From NCBI GenBank assembly GCA_965140445.1, contig OZ223236.1, positions 2,816,001 to 2,880,000 of the forward strand: a DNA stretch of 64,000 bases. The letters run 5' to 3'. Below are positions 58,032 to 64,000 of the stretch, piece by piece. A program made the translations under genes and the position numbers. Every line of letters begins with the position of its first letter. The stretch's first letter is position 1. The notes below the pieces were generated by a model. That model had not been told where the DNA came from and searched no databases. It saw only the letters and a list, made by a program, of their open reading frames with translations. The stretch comes from Candidatus Ozemobacteraceae bacterium. Its GTDB lineage: Bacteria; Muiribacteriota; Ozemobacteria; Ozemobacterales; Ozemobacteraceae.

Positions 58032-58795
58032 AGAAGATTTATAACGTCGGAAGGCAGATATTTAAAGGTTGTTTGAGAGCGAAATCATTAAGTCTCATAT
58101 TGTTTTTTGTTATAACCCTGGCATTCTTCACTTCCATGCTAATGGGAAGTGATAGCGAAAATAGGGCAAGTTTAATTATTGATTCAGGTCTTTCTCTAAT
58201 CAAAATTTTTACGTTGCTGCTGGTAGCTTTTATTGTTCTTCCTGTTATGAAAGGGGAAAAGGAAAGGCATACGTTAGCCGCTACGCTATCTTTTACTATT
58301 TCAAGGACAAAATACCTATGGGGAGTATTTGCAGGCACTAGCGCTGCCTTATTGTTGAATTACGTAATAATGAGTTCGGTTTTCTTATTTTCGCTGTTTT
58401 TCTTGAAAATTTCATTTGGAATCCTTATTTTGCGACAGCTGTTTTTAACTTTACTTGAACTGTTGGTAATTAACAGCATTGCTTTACTTTTTTCAGTTTG
58501 TCTAAGTTACGTTGTAGCAACCATGGTCACAGGAGTTGTTTTTGTTATCGGGAACATGACTTTTTCATTGCAGCAAGCAATTATGGGATGGGAAGGCTCT
58601 TCGGTTCAGAACTTTTTGAAGTTTTTTACTAATTTGATTCCAAATTTAAGCTTGTTTAATCTTAAAGATCTTGTCATTAGAAACGCAGTAATTCCTTATT
58701 CATATGACCTTACGACTTTAATTTATTCAATAGCAATAATTGCAATTGCTATGGAGTTTGCAACATGGAAGATAGAGCGGGAAACAATTCTTTAA
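58028..58795 (+). CDS. ABC-2 type permease (PilI-like)
   Basis: About 6 TMs; 'EKERHTL..TLS..ISRTKYLWG'; 'IPNLSLFN'. Confidence 0.8.
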   Translation: MKKIYNVGRQIFKGCLRAKSLSLILFFVITLAFFTSMLMGSDSENRASLIIDSGLSLIKIFTLLLVAFIVLPVMKGEKERHTLAATLSFTISRTKYLWGVFAGTSAALLLNYVIMSSVFLFSLFFLKISFGILILRQLFLTLLELLVINSIALLFSVCLSYVVATMVTGVVFVIGNMTFSLQQAIMGWEGSSVQNFLKFFTNLIPNLSLFNLKDLVIRNAVIPYSYDLTTLIYSIAIIAIAMEFATWKIERETIL

Positions 58796-59466
58796 AAAGA
58801 ATTTCAGGAAAAAAATTAATCATCGCACTTTTAATTATGGTTTCCTCAGCCTTTTATCTTAGCTCATTTAGCAGGAATAAAAGATTGGGGGCTACTGCCG
58901 AATCTGTGAACTCGGGAATTTATTCCTGGGTAATAAATATGGTTAACTTGCAGGAAATTGCTTCCGGTTTTCTGTGGATTCAATTCAATAACGACAGCAT
59001 GAATATGCTTGCGAATTATCATCGACTTCTTGTGACACTTGACACTATTGTGAGTATTGTTCCTGATGATTTTGCAGCATGGAGTTTGAAGAATTTTATG
59101 AGGCTGGATCATGGTAATAAAAAGCCTGATCCTGAAATGAGAAAAAGGGCAATAAATGATTATAAATTATCCTGCAAAATTAACTCTGATGACTGGCGGT
59201 TTTTTCATGATGCTGCACAGGCATTTTATTTTCGGGCTAAAGACCTGGATCTAGCTCTAGAGTATGCGGAAAAAGCTTTTTTGCTCAAAGATCATCCATT
59301 AAAGACAGATGCTCTATATGCGAAAGTATTAGAAGAAAAGGGCTATCTAAATAAAGCTTTGAAAGTTCACCAAAGCATACTGAAGCGTAGTGATATTGGA
59401 GAAAGCAACCGCAAGATAGCTCAAAACAATATAGAAAGAATTTCCAAGGATCTAAAGAATAATTAA
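58765..59466 (+). CDS. Membrane-anchored TPR-like protein
   Basis: N-terminal TM; 'ASGFLWIQ'; TPR-like helices. Confidence 0.7.
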   Translation: MEDRAGNNSLKRISGKKLIIALLIMVSSAFYLSSFSRNKRLGATAESVNSGIYSWVINMVNLQEIASGFLWIQFNNDSMNMLANYHRLLVTLDTIVSIVPDDFAAWSLKNFMRLDHGNKKPDPEMRKRAINDYKLSCKINSDDWRFFHDAAQAFYFRAKDLDLALEYAEKAFLLKDHPLKTDALYAKVLEEKGYLNKALKVHQSILKRSDIGESNRKIAQNNIERISKDLKNN

Positions 59467-59538
59467 CTTTTTTTTTAATTTCCATAATGCATATCACCGT
59501 TTGGTTCGATAGGAGAATTAAAACACTCAGGTAGGCAT

Positions 59539-60063
59539 ATGGAAAAGAAGACTTACACTATTTCTCAGATTCAAAAAATTATGGATGAGAACCCTGTAGA
59601 GCTGCAAAAGCTAATCAGGAAAAATAAGAAATACCTAAATATTCAGGTTGTCATTGGCAAAAACGGTGAAAAAGAAAATCTTGTTGATGAGGAATCTTTA
59701 AAGAAATTGCTATTCTTAAGACAACTTGAAACTGGTAGAAATCTGACTTTAGATGAAGCTTTTGAGCAAATGCGACTTCCAGAATTGTTGCCTCGGGTAC
59801 AAAAAACTAACTACTACCAGAAGCTAAATGAATCAATTGAGAACATGCATCATGAAGTCTTAGAGCTTGGAGCTAAATTAAAAACTTTAACTATAAAATA
59901 TTGTCATGCAGTCAACGAACTTGGGAAAAACCGTGCAGTAAACCAAAGCCTGAAAAATGAAATCAGCATTCTCCGTAATCGAGAGGCCGCATTAATGGGC
60001 CAATTACAGAAGAATGCTGAAGACCAGGAAGAAATTTCAGTTTCAAGAAATCTTGTAAACTAA
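59539..60063 (+). CDS. Hypothetical protein: possible MerR-like HTH plus coiled coil
   Basis: 'YTISQIQKIM...EESLKKLLFLRQL..G.NLTLDEA' followed by heptad repeats. Confidence 0.6.
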   Translation: MEKKTYTISQIQKIMDENPVELQKLIRKNKKYLNIQVVIGKNGEKENLVDEESLKKLLFLRQLETGRNLTLDEAFEQMRLPELLPRVQKTNYYQKLNESIENMHHEVLELGAKLKTLTIKYCHAVNELGKNRAVNQSLKNEISILRNREAALMGQLQKNAEDQEEISVSRNLVN

Positions 60064-60066
60064 TTT

Positions 60067-60762
60067 CTAGTTTTCATTTTTCTCGTCAGTAGATTTATCT
60101 TTCAATTTTTTTATTAAAAGGCCTACTGCTTCCATATGTGTTGCCGGATCTAGTTTCGCAGAAATTTCAGCATGTTTTAATGATGCTTCAATTTCGCCTA
60201 ACTCCAGAAGAGCATTTGCCAGATTAAAATGAGCAAGAGCGTAGTTTGAATCTTCTTTTACAGCTTTTTTATACCAAATTGCCGCTTTGCCGTACATTCT
60301 AAGTGTTGCGTATGCCACGCCGATATTGTTCATAATTTCAACATTACCAGGCTTAAGCTTGATGGATTTTTTCCAAAGATTAATTGCTCTTTGTAAGCGA
60401 CCTTCGTCTCGAGCGATTTGACCGAGATTGAAGAATATTTCTGGATCTTCTGGAGAGTATTTAAGGGCTTTCATCCAGAATTTTCTAGCGTAGTAAAGGT
60501 TACCCTGAAGATAGTGGGCTAAGGCATAGTTGTATAAAAGATCAACGTTTTCAGGGAATTTTTTTAAGCCGTCTTTCCAGATTTTTTTTGCTTTTCCAAG
60601 GAAACCTGTATAGGCATAAGTGTTTCCGTATAATCTAATTGCCAGTGCATCATTTGGATTTTCACTAAGAAAATCTTTTATAAGAGGTCTGGCTTCTTCA
60701 TAATTACCATTGGACATTATATCCTGTATCTTCTTTAAATCTTTTATGATAATGTCTCCCAT
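60067..60762 (-). CDS. TPR protein
   Basis: Consecutive TPRs ('FFNLGQI', 'NNIGVAY', 'HFNLANA'); start 60762 after AAAGGA (or 60789). Confidence 0.88.
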   Translation of the reverse strand: MGDIIIKDLKKIQDIMSNGNYEEARPLIKDFLSENPNDALAIRLYGNTYAYTGFLGKAKKIWKDGLKKFPENVDLLYNYALAHYLQGNLYYARKFWMKALKYSPEDPEIFFNLGQIARDEGRLQRAINLWKKSIKLKPGNVEIMNNIGVAYATLRMYGKAAIWYKKAVKEDSNYALAHFNLANALLELGEIEASLKHAEISAKLDPATHMEAVGLLIKKLKDKSTDEKNEN

Positions 60763-60789
60763 ATTTCTTCCTTTCATTTCTTTCAACAT

Positions 60790-61911
60790 TTATAAAAAAC
60801 CAAAAATTAATCCACTCAAAGCACTAAATAATACTACAAGTGTTAAGAAAATTGCAGCTCTTTTTGCACCAGCTATCGGAATTAAGGCAAGAATACTTGG
60901 CAAACTTACTGCTGGAGCAGATAGTAGCAATGTCATTGCTGGCCCATTATTCATTCCAAAATCCTTAAGAGTGGCAACAATTGTTACACCAACTATAGTT
61001 CCAAAATACATCATGCTCCCAATAATTGAAGAAAGAAGGTTGCCTGAAATATCATTGGAATCAAAATACCGCATGAAATTTGTTAGCGGGAAAAGTGCTG
61101 CAATAACCCCACACAAGAATATTCCACCCAAAACCTTTGGGAAAATCAAAAAGAACAAATCTTTAGATTTTTTTACCCATAAAATGATCTCGGATTTGTA
61201 AAACCATTTTTTACAGGCAATTCCAATTAAAACTATTTCAAAAAAGATTAAAAGCATTCTGGGAATCAATAGTTCAGATTGCACCGCAGTTCCAGTAATT
61301 TTTGAGAGAAGCGGATCTAAAACTCCTGTTGATGTAACCATTACCAAAACTAACAAAGCAAAAAAAGTAAATAACTGTCCATCTGTTCTATCACAATCTT
61401 CTTCCATGATAATCACATCAACTTCTGCTGGTTTTTCAGCCGGTTTGCATAGAATTTTCATTCCAAGGCCAATAGCTATGGCACTGAAAAAAACCAAAAC
61501 CGCACGCATTACCATAAACTTTGTGCCTAGAAGAGTGTAGGTGTAAGTTAATGCAATTAAATTAACTGCAGGGGAAGCCATTAGAAAAGTGAAAGCTGGA
61601 CCAATTCCTGCTCCCTGCTGTAGGATACCAGTAAAAATAGGCAACACTCCACAGGAGCACACTGTCAAAAGCCCACCTGAAACAGCAGCAACCGGGTAAG
61701 AAATCCATGGGTTTGCATCTGACCCCATCAGCCTGGTTATTCTTTGTTTATCAAGAAAAATGCCTATTGCTCCAGCAATGAAAAATGCTGGAATCATTCC
61801 AGAAATTAAGTGGGTGCCAAGGAATTTTCCCGCTTCAGTCAATCCTGGCCATACCCAGGTATCTCGAAGAGGAGCAAGTAAACTGACAAAATACTGAAAA
61901 AACTGTTGCAT
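60790..61911 (-). CDS. ArsP (DUF318) family permease
   Basis: 'TVCSCGVLP', 'GPAFTFLMASPAVN', 'GPAMTLLLSAPAVSLP'. Confidence 0.85.
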   Translation of the reverse strand: MQQFFQYFVSLLAPLRDTWVWPGLTEAGKFLGTHLISGMIPAFFIAGAIGIFLDKQRITRLMGSDANPWISYPVAAVSGGLLTVCSCGVLPIFTGILQQGAGIGPAFTFLMASPAVNLIALTYTYTLLGTKFMVMRAVLVFFSAIAIGLGMKILCKPAEKPAEVDVIIMEEDCDRTDGQLFTFFALLVLVMVTSTGVLDPLLSKITGTAVQSELLIPRMLLIFFEIVLIGIACKKWFYKSEIILWVKKSKDLFFLIFPKVLGGIFLCGVIAALFPLTNFMRYFDSNDISGNLLSSIIGSMMYFGTIVGVTIVATLKDFGMNNGPAMTLLLSAPAVSLPSILALIPIAGAKRAAIFLTLVVLFSALSGLIFGFL

Positions 61912-61961
61912 ATAAATCTACCTTTTGTCGTTATTCCTAGCTATTTCTCTGTGGTTTATCT

Positions 61962-62219
61962 CTATTTTCCCAGTTCTCTTTTTATCCAGGATTCAACCTT
62001 TTCTTTTATTACTGGTTTCCCCATTGAGTATATTTTTTTTCCAATGGCTACAACCGGTGTGGTAATGATCCCAAAAGCTTTGGCTTCTTCTGTTCCGTTT
62101 ATTATAATTCTAAACTCTACGTCTTCGGGAAACTTTTTTGAGATTTCATTGACTATAAGTTCAGTTTCACTGCAGGAAGCGCATTTGGTGGGACTTTTTA
62201 TTACTGTTACCTGAATCAT
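61962..62219 (-). CDS. Small redox-active thioredoxin-like protein
   Basis: 'KCASC' CxxC; 'FGIITTPVV' cis-Pro; AAGGAG RBS before ATG 62219. Confidence 0.85.
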   Translation of the reverse strand: MIQVTVIKSPTKCASCSETELIVNEISKKFPEDVEFRIIINGTEEAKAFGIITTPVVAIGKKIYSMGKPVIKEKVESWIKRELGK

Positions 62220-62995
62220 TTCTTTTCTCCTTCTAAATCTTTTTTTGATGCTGGAAACCACTCCTGCATTAGAATGTGAGATCTCATTTCTTCAAAATCC
62301 AATTTAATGGCATCGATTATTTCTGATAATGTTTTTGAGTTTTGAGGATAGCCGTTTAATGCTTCAGTTAAACTTGCGATGTCATTTTCAGCTCTTACTT
62401 TTGCAATTTGACCAGATTCTGGAAGAAAAGCTACAAATTTTTGAAGATTTGCTTTTAAATCCTTGAGGGAAGCTTTTAAAGCTGGAATGTCTTTTCGTAA
62501 TTCCATTTGCTCCATACGAGTTAAATTCGTGCTGGCTTCAATGAAAAGTTGTTTTTCATCGCTAACTCCAAATGCTTCAAAGAATTGACCTATTCTTCCA
62601 CTAAGATCTAATACCATGTCGTGGGCATCGTGAAACTTACCCGTATTAACCAGCTTTCTGATTTGTCCTATGGATTGCCCGGTGTTTCGCATTTTAGTTG
62701 CCCAGTTTGCGTCATTTTTGGCTTCTGGTGGTGGATTATTAGAGTATTTCTTGGTAAATCCAAGCCAGCTTTCCATCACATTTTTCACCAGCACGTCAAA
62801 TTGAGTTTGTTCATTGTTATTTAAGGCCAGCCCTAATGCAGTAAGATTTGTTGCAAAGTTTCTAATTACCTTGGAAAATTCACTGTTAGGATCTTTGGAG
62901 GTCAGTAACATTACAAGAGTGTCATCACACGCAAAACAGCTATTAAGAGGAAGAATAAAAGAAACGAGAATCATAAGTAATAAAAACTTTTTCAT
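62216..62995 (-). CDS. Secreted all-helical hypothetical protein
   Basis: Signal peptide 'MKKFLLLM...CFA|CDD'; overlaps both neighbours. Confidence 0.7.
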   Translation of the reverse strand: MKKFLLLMILVSFILPLNSCFACDDTLVMLLTSKDPNSEFSKVIRNFATNLTALGLALNNNEQTQFDVLVKNVMESWLGFTKKYSNNPPPEAKNDANWATKMRNTGQSIGQIRKLVNTGKFHDAHDMVLDLSGRIGQFFEAFGVSDEKQLFIEASTNLTRMEQMELRKDIPALKASLKDLKANLQKFVAFLPESGQIAKVRAENDIASLTEALNGYPQNSKTLSEIIDAIKLDFEEMRSHILMQEWFPASKKDLEGEKK

Positions 62996-64000
62996 TTAAT
63001 CTTTGCTCCCTCTAAAAGTGAATACCCTCGAACTAATCCCAGGGGACCTGCCATCATCATATCTCCCGCAGGCGCTGCTTCTATATAATCGCCTATTTCA
63101 GCATTCTTTGCAAGATATCTGTTGGGTCCTGTTACTACTGTTGCGGAAAGCTGGGAGTATTGAATAGGGCTAAAGGTATGGCATCCATGACCGCCATCGC
63201 TATAGATTTCCTCAAATTGAAGTTGGCCTTCAGAGAGGCGTTTTAGGTAATCCCCAACTCGCGCGGTGTTTTCTTTCAGCATGCTGGTGTGGTGCTCAAA
63301 GAAAGACAAAATCTTCTCACCTTCCATTATGCAGGCCATGGTGTGGCCGTTGCCAAAATTGATAAACAAAATAGGCCCTTCAAGGTTAATGATTTGTGGG
63401 TCAAGACGAGCTCCAAGAAGGGCTGAAACACAGGTGTCCATTAAAATTATTTTCATTTCTGGATGACTTTTCTGGATGCAGCTTTGAGCGGAGTAGAGTC
63501 GTTGGAAATGCTTTGGAACAGTTGTATCCATAAAAATCAAATTTCTTATATCCGGTTCAGGAGAGAGTTTTTCTAAGAAATATTCAAAGCGTTTTTTGCG
63601 TGAGGAGGCACCGTGGGAGTGGATTCCATGATCCTGAGCGGAAACGCCTATTACAGAAATCTGGTTCTGGTCAAAACCTATTTTTTCAAGTATCGAAAAA
63701 TATAATGGAAGTTCTATTTCATCAAAATACAAGTCGGGGTTACTAATGTCATTTTGAAGCTGGACCCCAATCCTGGAAACATCCTGTAGATTATTTCTAA
63801 AAGTGTAAGCGGGCAAGGTTTCGGTAAATACATTAAAACCCCTGGAAATATGATTTTTTACCGCCGAAACAACTTTTCCTCCGCCGATTGTGTAGCCCCC
63901 AATGGAAATATCCCTGTTTTGTGAAGAGATTGTTCTGGAATAATTCAGGGCTGGTGTAGGAACGACAAACTTAATCATGTTCTCAAAATTTTTATTTGGT
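62992..64000 (-). CDS. DUF1786 family protein (5' end beyond window)
   Basis: 'QDHG', 'MDT', 'NFGNGHT', 'EHHT', 'GGHG', 'GPNR'; frame stays open to the window edge (...PNKNFENMIKFVVPTP). Confidence 0.8.
   Translation of the reverse strand, partial: PNKNFENMIKFVVPTPALNYSRTISSQNRDISIGGYTIGGGKVVSAVKNHISRGFNVFTETLPAYTFRNNLQDVSRIGVQLQNDISNPDLYFDEIELPLYFSILEKIGFDQNQISVIGVSAQDHGIHSHGASSRKKRFEYFLEKLSPEPDIRNLIFMDTTVPKHFQRLYSAQSCIQKSHPEMKIILMDTCVSALLGARLDPQIINLEGPILFINFGNGHTMACIMEGEKILSFFEHHTSMLKENTARVGDYLKRLSEGQLQFEEIYSDGGHGCHTFSPIQYSQLSATVVTGPNRYLAKNAEIGDYIEAAPAGDMMMAGPLGLVRGYSLLEGAKIK

Noticed and set aside
60710..61201. 163-aa + strand ORF and similar short antisense ORFs in the track
   Set aside because: Lie opposite well-supported genes and show no independent coding evidence.

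Overview
AT-rich bacterial chromosomal window, densely coding, with no CRISPR array, rRNA, IS element or prophage visible. The gene style (expanded HAMP-adenylate cyclases, GspG-like and TPR families, HydF, NifSU, diderm-type pilins) suggests an anaerobic diderm such as Candidatus Riflebacteria; this is inference only. Housekeeping content: M16/M24 peptidases, pullulanase, ABC-2 exporter, ldhA, recQ, hybrid kinase, trmJ, tRNA-Val(GAC), apbE, maf, coaD, nifS/nifU, aroK, mazG, moeA, hydF, two fabH, a DnaE-type polymerase and an ArsP/thioredoxin/DUF1786 operon. Best leads: (1) two coupled ~1000-aa class III cyclases with exactly complementary losses of catalytic residues, suggesting an obligate heterodimeric (C1/C2-like) bacterial adenylate cyclase; (2) a minor-pilin/ABC/TPR cluster carrying a His/Cys/Asp-repeat membrane-anchored protein; (3) sigma28-type promoters in front of hypothetical genes and two small ORFs missing from the ORF track; (4) GspG-like domains on non-pilin membrane anchors; (5) a fabH duplication with a near-identical promoter, a specificity-site change and an 11-bp repeat array.
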